Shown in pieces: positions 49,514 through 60,296 of a DNA stretch of 64,000 nt. The DNA comes from an uncultured Pseudomonadota bacterium (GTDB lineage Bacteria; Pseudomonadota; Alphaproteobacteria; Rhizobiales; Beijerinckiaceae). The notes under the pieces are model-generated. The model searched no databases. It saw nothing but the letters and a program-made list of their open reading frames with translations, and was not told the origin of the DNA. Location of the stretch: positions 1-64,000 of the forward strand of contig CAWEDI010000001.1 in assembly GCA_963807735.1 (NCBI GenBank), read 5' to 3'. A program made the translations under genes and the position numbers. Every line of letters begins with the position of its first letter. Position 1 is the first letter of the stretch.

Positions 49514-50347
49514 ATGGGACGCAGCTATTTTCACCTGCATTTGGTCTCGGATTCGACCGGCGAAACCCTGATCGCCGCATCCCGGGCGGCTGCCGCTCAA
49601 TATCAGGGGGTAGCGTCTATCGAGCACGTATACCCGCTGGTGCGCTCAACAGCTCAACTTGATCGGGTCATCGCCGAGATCGAGGATGCGCCGGGCATAG
49701 TACTTTTCACTTTAGTTGATCCTGAACTTTCGAGGCGTCTCGAGGCAAGCTGCGACCTGTCCGGTTCGCCCTGCCTTTCCGTTCTCGGTCCGATTCTCAC
49801 GCTCTTTCAGTCCTATCTTGGCCAAAATGCAACGTCGCGTGCTGGCGCGCAGCACATGCTCAACGCTGAATATTTTAAACGTATCGACGCGCTAAATTAC
49901 ACCATGCTGAATGACGACGGGCAGATGCCCGAGAATCTTGAACAGGCTGACATTGTGCTGGTGGGCGTTAGTCGCACATCCAAGACGCCGACCAGCATCT
50001 ATCTCGCCAATCGCGGTTACAAGACAGCCAATGTTCCATTTGTCCCGCAAGCCCCGTTGCCAAGAGGATTGACCGAGCTGCGTCGACCATTGATCGTTGG
50101 CCTTATCGCCTCGCCAGAACGCATCATCCAAATACGGCAGAATCGCTTGTTGTCACTTAACGCTGATACGCAGAGTGAATATATCGACCGGGTGGCGGTT
50201 GCAGAGGAGATAGCGGGTTCGCGACGTTTTTTCGCCGAACGGCGCTGGCCCATGATCGATGTAACGCGGCGATCAATCGAGGAGACTGCGGCTGCGATTC
50301 TCGATCTTTATCGCGAGCACCGGCTTAAATTCATTGCGCAGGCTTGA
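49514..50347 (+). CDS. Pyruvate, phosphate/water dikinase regulatory protein (DUF299, RP001-type)
   Basis: [14 protein letters not shown]... and P-loop [12 protein letters not shown]. Confidence 0.85.
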   Translation: MGRSYFHLHLVSDSTGETLIAASRAAAAQYQGVASIEHVYPLVRSTAQLDRVIAEIEDAPGIVLFTLVDPELSRRLEASCDLSGSPCLSVLGPILTLFQSYLGQNATSRAGAQHMLNAEYFKRIDALNYTMLNDDGQMPENLEQADIVLVGVSRTSKTPTSIYLANRGYKTANVPFVPQAPLPRGLTELRRPLIVGLIASPERIIQIRQNRLLSLNADTQSEYIDRVAVAEEIAGSRRFFAERRWPMIDVTRRSIEETAAAILDLYREHRLKFIAQA

Positions 50348-50360
50348 GCTTGACGCTTCC

Positions 50361-50990
50361 ATGACGACTACGCCGCCGATGTCGCAATTTTGGACTTGCA
50401 TCTTCGACCTAGTGCTCGCTTCGGGCAGCGACATACGTCGCCAGTTGCTCGAGGCGGCGGGATTGCCCTTCACCGTAGTTCCGCCGAACGTCGATGAGCG
50501 CGCGATCGAGGTCTCAGCGCCCGATGTTGCTCCTTGCGATCTGGCGCTTGCGCTCGCTCGCGCGAAGGCGCTGGCGATAAGCGCTGAATTTCCGCAGGCG
50601 TTGGTCATCGGCGCCGACCAGGTGCTCTCTTTGGAGCGGCGCATTTTTCACAAGTCGTCGACGCGCCAGGAGGCGCTCAAGGTCCTTCTGGATCTATCGG
50701 GCCGAACTCATCGCCTGACTTCCGCCTTTGCGCTCGCCCGGGGCGGTCGGGTGCTCGAGGCCGATGTCGAAATCGCTGATATGACGATGCGAGTGCTGGA
50801 CGAAGATGCGTTGTGCATTTATCTTGATGCGGTTGGTGAAAGTGTTTTGCGTAGCGTCGGGGCCTATCAGTGGGAGGGACTCGGCGTGCATTTGTTCACC
50901 CGTGCGACCGGGAATCACTCGACAGTGCTGGGAATGCCGATGCTCAAGCTTTTGGCTGCTCTGCGCACGCTCGGCGCGCTCCGGATCTGA
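50361..50990 (+). CDS. maf: Maf-like nucleoside triphosphate pyrophosphatase
   Basis: LVLASGSDIRRQLL..., GADQV, GAYQWEG. Start ambiguous (ATG 50361 or 50379). Confidence 0.85.
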   Translation: MTTTPPMSQFWTCIFDLVLASGSDIRRQLLEAAGLPFTVVPPNVDERAIEVSAPDVAPCDLALALARAKALAISAEFPQALVIGADQVLSLERRIFHKSSTRQEALKVLLDLSGRTHRLTSAFALARGGRVLEADVEIADMTMRVLDEDALCIYLDAVGESVLRSVGAYQWEGLGVHLFTRATGNHSTVLGMPMLKLLAALRTLGALRI

Positions 50991-51003
50991 GTGACGCCGG
51001 CAG

Positions 51004-51612
51004 ATGATCATTGTTGGCCTTACGGGGTCTATCGCGATGGGCAAGTCGACGCTTGCCGCCATTTTTCGTGATCTTGGCGTCCCGGTGTTCGATGCAGACG
51101 AGGCGGTGCGCGAGGTCTATCGCGGCGAGAGCGCTCGAGAGGTTGAGGCGACGTTTCCAGGCGTAACGATTGATGGGGCTGTCGATCGCGAACGACTTAG
51201 CGGCTATGTGGTGGGCGACGGCGCGGCGATGAAGCGACTCGAGGCCATCGTGCACCCTGCTGTGGCCGCACTTAGAAGGGTGTTTCTTGAGCGCGCGACT
51301 CGCATCCCGGCCCGTGTCGCCATTCTGGACGTGCCTTTGTTGTTTGAAACCGGCGGCGACCGTGGCGTGGATGTGGTTCTGGTCGTGAGCGCGCGGCCCG
51401 AGGTTCAGCGTACAAGAGCACTCGCGCGTCCTGGCCTTAACGCGGAGCGCTTCGAGGCGCTGCTCTCGCGGCAGGTGGCCGATTCGCAAAAACGACAACT
51501 CGCGCATTTCGTCATCGAGACCAGCGGTTCGCTAAACGACTCCGTCCGCGAGGCCGAGGATTTCTTGCGAGCGATTATTGGGACGGAGAGAGCAACCCAC
51601 AATCATGCGTGA
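51004..51612 (+). CDS. coaE: Dephospho-CoA kinase
   Basis: MIIVGLTGSIAMGKST (P-loop). Confidence 0.9.
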   Translation: MIIVGLTGSIAMGKSTLAAIFRDLGVPVFDADEAVREVYRGESAREVEATFPGVTIDGAVDRERLSGYVVGDGAAMKRLEAIVHPAVAALRRVFLERATRIPARVAILDVPLLFETGGDRGVDVVLVVSARPEVQRTRALARPGLNAERFEALLSRQVADSQKRQLAHFVIETSGSLNDSVREAEDFLRAIIGTERATHNHA

Positions 51613-52294
51613 AATCGTGCTCGACACCGAGACGACCGGTCTCGATCCGGCCAAAGGCGACCGAATCGTGGAAATCGGCGCCGTCGAAATCGTCGATAAG
51701 GTGGCGACCGGCCGCACCTTTCATGTGCTGATCAACCCGGAGCGCGAAGTACCCCAGGACGCGTTCCGCGTACACGGGCATTCGACGGATTCGCTTAAGG
51801 ACAAGCCGAAGTTTGGTAGTATCGCCGAGGAGTTCCTGATTTTCATTGGCGACGACCCACTTGTTATCCACAACGCCGAGTTTGACGTGCGCTTTCTCAA
51901 CGCCGAACTGGGGGTGATCGGCAGAAAACCCCTGGAGACAAGTCGGGTTGTCGACACCTTAGCGTTAGCTCGCCGCAAGCATGGCGGCGGCGCCAATAGT
52001 CTCGACGCTTTGTGCGACCGCTACCGCATCGACCGCTCGCGCCGCGTCAAGCATGGAGCCCTCGTCGATGCGCAGATCCTGGTCGAGATTTATTGCGAAC
52101 TCAGCGGCGGAAGGCAGCGCACTCTAGGCCTAACCGCGCGCGCAGTGAAAGAGGCGAGACCTTTTAAATCCACCACCGTGACAATTCGCGCGATGCCACT
52201 GGCTTCCCGGCTCAGCACGGCGGCCGCGATCGCGCATCGCGCGTACATCGAGGCTCACGAAACCACGGCCATTTGGCTTAAATTTATGAAGTGA
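51605..52294 (+). CDS. dnaQ: DNA polymerase III epsilon (proofreading exonuclease) subunit
   Basis: MREIVLDTETTGLDP (Exo I), HNAEFD (Exo II), HGALVDAQIL (Exo III). 8-nt overlap with coaE. Confidence 0.9.
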   Translation: MREIVLDTETTGLDPAKGDRIVEIGAVEIVDKVATGRTFHVLINPEREVPQDAFRVHGHSTDSLKDKPKFGSIAEEFLIFIGDDPLVIHNAEFDVRFLNAELGVIGRKPLETSRVVDTLALARRKHGGGANSLDALCDRYRIDRSRRVKHGALVDAQILVEIYCELSGGRQRTLGLTARAVKEARPFKSTTVTIRAMPLASRLSTAAAIAHRAYIEAHETTAIWLKFMK

Positions 52295-52321
52295 TGCAAG
52301 ATCGCACGTTTGTGATGCTCA

Positions 52322-52801
52322 TCACGCTCGGTTGGGCTGGGCCTGGGCGGACGCCAAGCGCTGCAAATAAAGGCCCTGGAAATCGATCGGGTCGACATAA
52401 AGCGGCGGAAAGCCGCCGCCCCGCACCGCCTCGGCGACGATCTGACGCGCGAATGGAAACAGGATACGTGGCCCTTCAATCATAATAACAGGTTGAACTT
52501 GTTCATTCGGGATATTTTCTAGCCGGAAAACCCCGGAATAATTAAGCTCAAATTTAAACAGAGAGTCCGGACCCTCACCCGCGCCCCCTTCAAGCAGGAG
52601 ACTCACCTCATAGTCGGTAGGCGAAAGCTGGCGCGCGTTGACGTTGATCTGCAGATTGATACGTGGCGCCTGCGATTGCGGGGCCAAACTGCGAGGCGCG
52701 TTCGGGTTTTCGAAGGAAAAGTCGCGCGTGAACTGGGTGAGCACAGAAAATCGCGGTGTATTGGCCGCGCTGGCGCCGCCGTTACCGTCTTGTTCCGCCA
52801 T
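52322..52801 (-). CDS. secB: Protein-export chaperone SecB
   Basis: FSVLTQFTRDFSFENP..., ILFPFARQIVAEAVRGGGFPPL. Confidence 0.95.
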   Translation of the reverse strand: MAEQDGNGGASAANTPRFSVLTQFTRDFSFENPNAPRSLAPQSQAPRINLQINVNARQLSPTDYEVSLLLEGGAGEGPDSLFKFELNYSGVFRLENIPNEQVQPVIMIEGPRILFPFARQIVAEAVRGGGFPPLYVDPIDFQGLYLQRLASAQAQPNRA

Positions 52802-53633
52802 GCCCTACTCCCCTGCTTCGCGTTTGGCGGTCGCCGGTAACACGGCGACCCAGCGTCGACAAGCGTCGCCCTTAGACGCTCCGGCGAGCGGCCATTGGTG
52901 CAATGCGGTATTTGAATCGCCAAGCGAGTCGCCTCTCCGATTGCGGCGAGTCCCAGCGCTTCGGCGTCAATCAAATAGGCCTCACGCCACTAGACTCGAG
53001 TTACCTTGGTCGCGTTGGGGACTCAGGAACGATACGGAAAGCCGGACGCCAAACGTAGGCAATTCGACCTCGGTGTACGAGATGCACCATCGGTCCATGG
53101 GATTTGAGGGTCGCGAATACATTTCTGTGTGCGGGACCATTGCAACGCCCTGCCTTTTAAAATGGTCATTATTCGTTAAGCGATAGGCAACCGTCGCGCA
53201 AATTTCAATTTCGGGACAAGGCGTAGCCGTGAGTTTCGTCGCACCGGCTTCAGGCAGTTGTGCGCCGGCCTAATCTTAGAGTCCGATATTTTTGCGACTT
53301 TAAGCCCCAATTCGATTCGTTGCATATCTCGTGACGATAATATTGTGATTGATCGACGATCTAAAATATCGAGATGGCGTAAAGTTGTTTTACAAAAAAT
53401 TCAATATACATCAACGTAAATAGATTATATGCAACTGATATCGCTGTTAACAATATTATAATACGTTACGTAATACAGAATCGACAATTTGACCAATGTA
53501 CAATTCGTGATGGACGTAACGTAATCTTGCCTATCCAAAATAAATCTGTATCCCCGAGCGATCGGCGGCGAAGCATCGAAGTGATTCGCGCGCGGCTGCG
53601 CCGTCTTGGATGTGAGCGCCCTGGGGGTTCGCG

Positions 53634-56600
53634 ATGACGTCTTTCATTAGTTCGCTGTCGAATGCGCAGATCGCCAACCTGTCGACCACGACAATGGCGA
53701 GTCTAAAAACTACTGACATCACTGCGTTGACGGCCGGTCAGGTCGGGGCGTTGAGCGGCACCCAGCTTAGCGCGCTGACAACAACTGCCGAAGCTGCTTT
53801 GACTACGTCGCAGATTACCGGCTTCTCGACGCAGGCGGCGCCTTCGCTCTCCATGGCGATGATCTTAGCGCTCGCCAATACGCAGGCCGACGCAATGACG
53901 GCGACAGTGCTCGGCGCGTTAAGCACGACCAACATCAACGCCCTGACGAGTACGGAGTTGCAGGGTCTTACGTCCGCGCAGGTTAACGGCTTCAACTCGA
54001 CACAGATCGCCGGAATGACGACGACGACCCTCGGCAATTTGGGGACGACGCTGCTTGGCGACCTCAACGCTGGTCAAGTCAAAGGCCTGACGACAACGCA
54101 GATCAACACGACCACGACAACGGCCCTCAACGCAATCAACGCTGTGAACTTCTCGTCCACGCAAATCGCCGGCCTATCGACGACCACCCTTAACAACCTG
54201 TCTACGTCCCAGGCCTCGGCGCTAACCAGCGCGCAGGCGTCGGCGCTCTCGACAGCCGACCTGACCGCGTTGACTTCCACCAATCTGCGTGCGCTTAGCA
54301 ATTCCGCGATTACCGGCATCTCGCCCACCAACATAAGTCAACTAACGACGACGACGCTGAGCAACTTATCAACTACCCAGCTCGCCGGATTGACGACGTT
54401 GCAGGTCAGGGGATTGACGACAAATCAAATCAATGCCAGTCCCACGACCGTTCTCAATGCGCTCAATGCAGCGTATATATCATCCTCGCAGATTGCTGGT
54501 CTTACAACGACCGCGCTCAATAACTTCACGACTTCGCAGCTCGCCGCACTGACGAGTGCGGCGGTTAGCGCTCTCAACGGCACGGACGCCAACGCGCTCA
54601 CTTCGACCAATTTGCAGGCGCTCACCACGACAGCGGACCTGGGCTTAACCTCGACGACTTTGTCCGGCATGACGACGACCGCGCTTGGAAATTTCTCCAG
54701 CACCGAACTTAGCCTGCTCACAAGCACCCAGGTGCAGGGACTAACGTCCACGCAGCTAAATTCGATCAGTACGACGACGCTCGCCGCACTCAACGTCGCA
54801 ACTTTGTCGAGCACGCAAATCACGGGCCTGACGACAACGACACTAAACAACATATCAACGACGCAAATCGGCGTGTTGACCAGTAAACAATCCGCCTCGT
54901 TGACCTCCTCGGAACTCAACGCTCTGAGCTCGACCAACGTTCATGCGCTGTCGGCGACGGGACTTGCGGGCCTTACCACGACGGCACTGTCCGGTCTAAC
55001 GACGACAGCGCTCAGCAATTTCGCGACGACGCAATTTTCGCTGCTCTCTACTGCACAGGTGAAGGGCCTATCAACAACACAGTTGAACTCCGCGACGACG
55101 ACCGTGCTCAACGCGCTCAACGCGGCGAGCCTGTCCAGCACCCAGATCGCCGGACTCACAACAACGACGCTGCTAAACGTGACGACCGCGCAATTCAATG
55201 CGTTGACCGCAACTCAAGCCTCGGCGCTCGCATCGACCGGTCTTAACGCCCTTACGTCGACCGACGTCCAAGCTCTTAGCACGACTGCGGTTGCTGGCTT
55301 GGCGACAGCGAGCCTCAGCGGCGTGACGACCACGGCGCTATCGAACCTGACTTCGTCGCAGGTAGCCACACTGACTTCGTCGCAAATTCAGAGTCTGACA
55401 ACTACGCAACTCAACGCAGCGACGACCACCGTACTTGGCGAGTTCAACGCCTCCAATTTGTCGAGCACACAAATCGGCGGATTGGCCACGACGACGTTCA
55501 ACAATTTGACGTCGACACAGTTTAGCTCGCTTGCCAGCCGGCAGTTAAACGCATTGACTTCGACGGAGCTCAACGCGGTAACCTCGACTAACATACGCGC
55601 CCTTGCCGTGACCGCCCTCGGCGGCATCACGACGTCCACGCTCGCTGCCGCGACTACAACCGCAGTCGCGAACTTCTCGACCACGCAACTAGGCGCACTT
55701 ACGTCGTCTCAGGTACAGGGTCTCACCTCAACGCAGTTGAATACGGTCACGTCGACTTCGCTCAACGCTCTCAACGCGGCGAACCTGTCGGCGGCGCAGA
55801 TCGCGAATCTTTCGACGACGGCCACCAATCTCTTGACGACTGCGCAGATTGGTTCGCTTACGAGCAAACAGACATCCGGGCTTACTTCAACAAGTCTCAA
55901 TGCTCTGACCTCAACGAACGCGCAAGCGCTAACGTCCTCGGCGATTGCCGGTATAACCTCGACGGTCGTGGCCGCGTTGAGCACAACGACGCTCAACGCG
56001 ATTACGACGACTCAGGTTGCGGCGCTAACGGCGACACAAGCTGATGCGCTATCCTCGAACGCAACTCTCGGGTCTAACCACAACGCAGCTCGGAGCGCTC
56101 AACGCCGCGAAATTCACGTCGACGCAATTCGGCGCGCTCACGACCACCACCCTTAACGCGCTCACAACAACGCAGCTCAGTTCGTTGGCGAGCAGTGGCG
56201 TAGCGGGTCTGACTTCAACCGAGCTGAACGCGCTCACCTCGACGAATCTGCGAGCGCTCACCAATACGTCCCTACCCGGTATTACTTCGACAGCCCTTGC
56301 GGGCGCCACGACGACAACTCTCTCGAATTTCAGCACTTCTCAATTGGCGGCGCTCAATAGTACGCAGGTGCAGAGCCTGACGACAACGCAGCTGACTGCG
56401 GCGACGACTACGTCGCTTAACGCTCTAAACGCCGCCTATCTATCCGCGACGCAACTATCCGGCTTTACTACAACTGCTGCAAACGCTCTCACAACTTCGC
56501 AGCTCGGCGTCCTAACGAGCAAACAGACCTCTGGACTAACGTCTACCGATTTGAATGCATTGACCTCCACCAACCTGCAAGCGATCACAACCTCTGCGAT

Positions 56601-59600
56601 CGTCGGCTTCACCACTAGCGCGGTGGCCGCGTTGGCCTCCACGGCGCTTAACGGTCTAACGACGACGCAGGTAGCCGCGTTGACGACCTCGCAACTTGAC
56701 GCGCTTTCCACGACGCAGCTTGCTGGCGTGACGACAACAAATCTTGCCGCAATAAGTGCGTCGAAGTTGACCTCGGCGCAGATCGGCACCCTGACGACCA
56801 CGACATTTAATGCTTTGACGACGACGCAAATGGGGTCGCTGACCAGCGCAGAAATCGCCGGCCTTGCCTCGACTGATCTCAATGCGTTGAGCTCGACGAA
56901 CCTGCAGGCGCTCACTACTAGCGCCCTCGCTGGCTTGAGCACCACGGCTGTCGCCGGTGCGACGACGACGGCGCTTGCCGTCTTCTCCACGACTCAACTG
57001 GCGTCGCTCAGCACAACCCAAGTAGAGGCTCTAACCACAACGCAGTTGACGACGGGAACCAGCACCGCCCTCAACGCGCTTGCTGCGGCCAAGTTATCTT
57101 CAACGCAGCTTGGCGGACTCACGACGACGACCGCGAATGCCCTCACTACTACGCAGATGGCTGCGCTGACGAGCAAACAGACCGTCGGTTTGACTTCGAC
57201 CGTGCTTAACGCGCTGACTTCGACAAACCTTCAGGCGCTTACAACGACTTCGGTGGTCGGTCTAGCAAGCACGGTTATCGGCGCGCTCGCCTCGACCGCG
57301 CTCAATGCGTTGACTACGATCCAAATTGCGTCGCTAAATTCCACCCAGCTGGATGCTCTTTCGTCCACGCAGCTCAGCGGGTTGACCACGACCAATCTCG
57401 GTGCTGTCGGCGCCGCGAAGCTGACGTCAACGCAAGTAGGCGCGCTGACCTCAACCACGCTTAATGCGCTGACGACGACGCAGGCAGGGTCCTTGACCAG
57501 TGCGGAGTTAGGCGGCCTCACCTCGAGCGAGCTCAACGCCCTTACCTCGACCAATTTGCAGGTGCTGGCGACGACGGCGCTTGCCAATCTTTCCACGACG
57601 GCGATCTCTGGGGCGACGACCACTGCGCTTGGTCTGTTCACGACGACGCAGCTCGGCGCGTTGACCACGTCGCAGATCCAAGCCCTGTCGACGGGCCAGC
57701 TTACCACCGTGACCTCGACTGCGCTGAACGCTTTGAACGCAGCGCGATTGTCAAGCACTCAGCTGTCAGGATTCACTACAACGGCGGCGAATGCCCTGAC
57801 GACGACGCAGATCGCGGCACTAAGCAGCGGCCAGGTTGCAGGGCTCACATCCACCGTCGCAAACGCCTTGACCTCGACGAATCTTCAAGCGCTCAACACC
57901 TCGGCGCTTGCCGGGCTTACGAGCACCGTCGCCGGGGCGCTTACGTCAACCTCGCTCAACGCTCTTGCGACGACGCAACTCGCAACGTTGAACGCAACGC
58001 AGCTCAACGCTCTTTCGTCGACCCAATTCAGCGGTCTTACTACGACGAACCTGGACTCCTTGGCGGCGGCGAAGCTGACCTCGACACAGATCAATTCTTT
58101 GACATCCACTACGCTCAATGCTCTGACAACAACACAGGTTGCGGCGCTGACGAGCGGCGAGATCTCGGGTATGACTTCGGTTGAGCTTAATGCGTTGACG
58201 TCGACCAATTTGCAGTCCCTCACCACGTCCGCGCTGACCGGTCTATCGTCGAACGCTCTTGTCGGCGCCACTACGACGGCGCTCGCGGTATTCACAACGA
58301 CGCAGCTCGGTGCGCTGACAACAAGCCAAATCCAGAGTCTGACGACATCGCAACTCAACACGGTGACTTCTACCGTGCTCAATGCGCTCGAGGTCGCGAG
58401 GTTGTCGACCACACAAGTGTCGGGTTTGACGACGACAGCGGCGCTGGCGATGACGACAACGCAGCTTGGGACGCTGACGAGCACAGAGGTGGGCGCGCTC
58501 ACGACTACGGACCTCAATGCCCTGAGTTCGACCGATTTGCAGACTCTGACGTCTACCGCGCTTGGTGGTATCACCTCCACAGCGGTATCTGGCTTGACGA
58601 CAACCACGCTGAACAATCTGACGACGACGCAACTGGGCCTACTGAACACTACGCAGGTTCAGGCGCTCGCGACGACGCAGCTTGGCCTCATCACGACGAC
58701 GCAGCTGGGCGCTATCACCGCCTCGAAGTTGTCTTCGACGCAAGTCAGCGGTTTGACGACGACAACACTGCAGTCCTTCACGTCAAGCCAATTGAACGCA
58801 CTATCGGGGACCGAGGTTGCCGCATTGAGCGCCACCGATCTCAATGCGATGACCTCGACGGACCTGCAGGCGTTATCGAGCACGGGCGCGTCGGGCCTAA
58901 CGACAGCCGCGCTTTCCGGCGCCACGACCACTGCGCTGACCAACTTCACCACAACTCAGCTTAATGCGCTGACGGCCACGCAGGTGCAAAGCCTGACGAC
59001 TTCTCAGCTTGACCTCATTGCTTCGACGGCGCTCGAGGCGCTCAACGCCGCAAGGCTCACGAGCACGCAGATTGGTGGTCTATCGACCACCGCGCTTAAT
59101 GCACTTTCGACTACGCAAGTCTCCGGCCTGTCCAACTCGCAAGTTCCACTTATGAGCTCGGCGTCGATCGGAGCTCTTACCTCGACCAACTTGCAGGCGT
59201 TGTCGACGACGGCGATTGGAGGCTTGGCGCCGACGACGGTTGCGCAGCTCACCACGACGGCGCTCAGCAATTTCACAACGACGCAGTTGGGCGCGCTGTC
59301 GTCGGCGCAGATCCAAAGCCTTTCTGCGAACCAGCTCAATTCCGCGACGACCACGGTGCTTAACGCCGTGAATGCAGCGCAGTTCAGCACGACCCAGGTC
59401 GGCGGTCTGACGACGACGGCGCTCAACGCTCTGACGACAACGAATCTTGCGGGCTTTACGTCAGCGGAATCGTCGGCCTTGTCTGCAGCGGCTGTTAACG
59501 CGATGACATCGACCAACTTACAGACGTTGAGCACCTCGGCGCTTGATGGTTTGACAACCGCGGCGTTGTCGGGGGCGACCACCACGGCGCTCAGCAACTT

Positions 59601-60177
59601 CACGACCACTCAGCTCGCCTCGCTTTCGAACGCACAGGTCCAGTCGCTTGGCGCGAGTCAGCTCGGTGCGGTAACAACGACTGCGCTCAACGCTTTGAAC
59701 GCCGCAAGCCTGTCGAGCACACAGCTTGGCTCACTGACCACGACTGCGATCAACAACCTTAGTGCGACACAGCTGAGCGGCCTCGTGTCCTCTCAGCTGT
59801 CTGGTTTAAGCGCGGCGGACGTCAACGCCCTGACGTCGACGAACCTGCATGCCTTGGCGACGGCCGCAATATCGGGCCTTGCGACGAGCATAATCAGCAG
59901 CCTGACGACGACGTCTCTGGGCAACTTCAACGCCGTACAGGTCAACGCCCTATCAGGAGCGCAGATTCAATCCTTTGGTGCAAGCCAACTCAACTCTATC
60001 ACCTCGACAGTGCTGCAACAGCTGGACGTAACGCAGCTTTCGACCTCGCAAATCTCTGGCTTAACGACCACGACGATTGGAAACATGACATCAACTCAAG
60101 GCAACGCCCTGACTAACACGCAAGTGCAAGCCATGAACAGCGCGCAACTCACCGCTCTGCAGACGCTAGTCGGTTAG
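53634..60177 (+). CDS. Giant Thr/Ser/Leu/Ala/Asn/Gln octad-repeat protein. It would be ~2180 aa if the single +1 frameshift at ~56058 is ignored. No recognisable N-terminal signal peptide.
   Basis: Track ORFs 53634..56156 and 56044..60177 carry the same repeat. The repeat register continues from ...TATQADALSS (ends 56057) into TQLSGLTTTQLGALNAAKF (from 56059). 2424 nt + 1 nt + 4119 nt equals 2181 codons when one base is removed. Confidence 0.8.
53700..60150 (+). repeat. Coding tandem repeat: 24-nt (8-aa, xTxTxLxAL-type) periodicity nested in ~327/654-nt (about 109/218-aa) higher-order repeats
   Basis: Hand-parsed copy: GATTTALAVF...LSTTAIS is 218 aa, made of 24 octads plus two 13-residue AAKLxSTQxGxL elements. 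Successive copies start with GATTTAL(A/G/S/T)xF. Confidence 0.8.
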
Positions 60178-60193
60178 CGGCTTATGTTAGAAT

Positions 60194-60220
60194 CAGTGGC
60201 GCGCGACAGGTGCGCCACTG
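60194..60220 (+). terminator. 9-bp perfect hairpin just after the giant gene (no U-tract; weak terminator or processing site)
   Basis: CAGTGGCGC-GCGACAGGT-GCGCCACTG. Confidence 0.4.
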
Positions 60221-60296
60221 CAAGTAAAGGCTTGGCAAGTTAAGTTCGAGCTCCGAGCCTAGTAATGTCTATGCGAGACGATGGTGGAGAGACTAG

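Noticed and set aside
52802-53270. A protein-coding gene in the ~470-bp gap upstream of secB (track ORFs 52638..53186(+) and 52603..52974(-)).
   Set aside because: There are no recognisable motifs, composition is odd, and both ORFs overlap the secB start region. The gap is treated as non-coding, containing an 8-bp hairpin (GGTCGCCG-GTAACA-CGGCGACC, about 52829-52850). A small RNA cannot be excluded.
53634-60177. CRISPR-like or satellite interpretation of the 24-nt periodic DNA, and the many 60-250-aa minus-strand ORFs inside it (e.g. 54425..54937, 57885..58649, 59004..59609).
   Set aside because: The periodicity is a multiple of 3 and lies in one long sense frame with coherent amino-acid repeats. 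There are no unique spacers between identical repeats and no cas genes. The antisense ORFs are Val/Ala/Cys-rich mirror images of the repeat.
53634-60177. Calling the giant protein an ice-nucleation protein, RTX adhesin or haemagglutinin.
   Set aside because: The INP 16-mer consensus (AGYGSTxTAxxxSxLx), the RTX GGxGxD nonapeptides and the haemagglutination/TPS domains are all absent. Only the nested-repeat logic and the Thr richness are shared, so this is kept as a hypothesis inside the finding.
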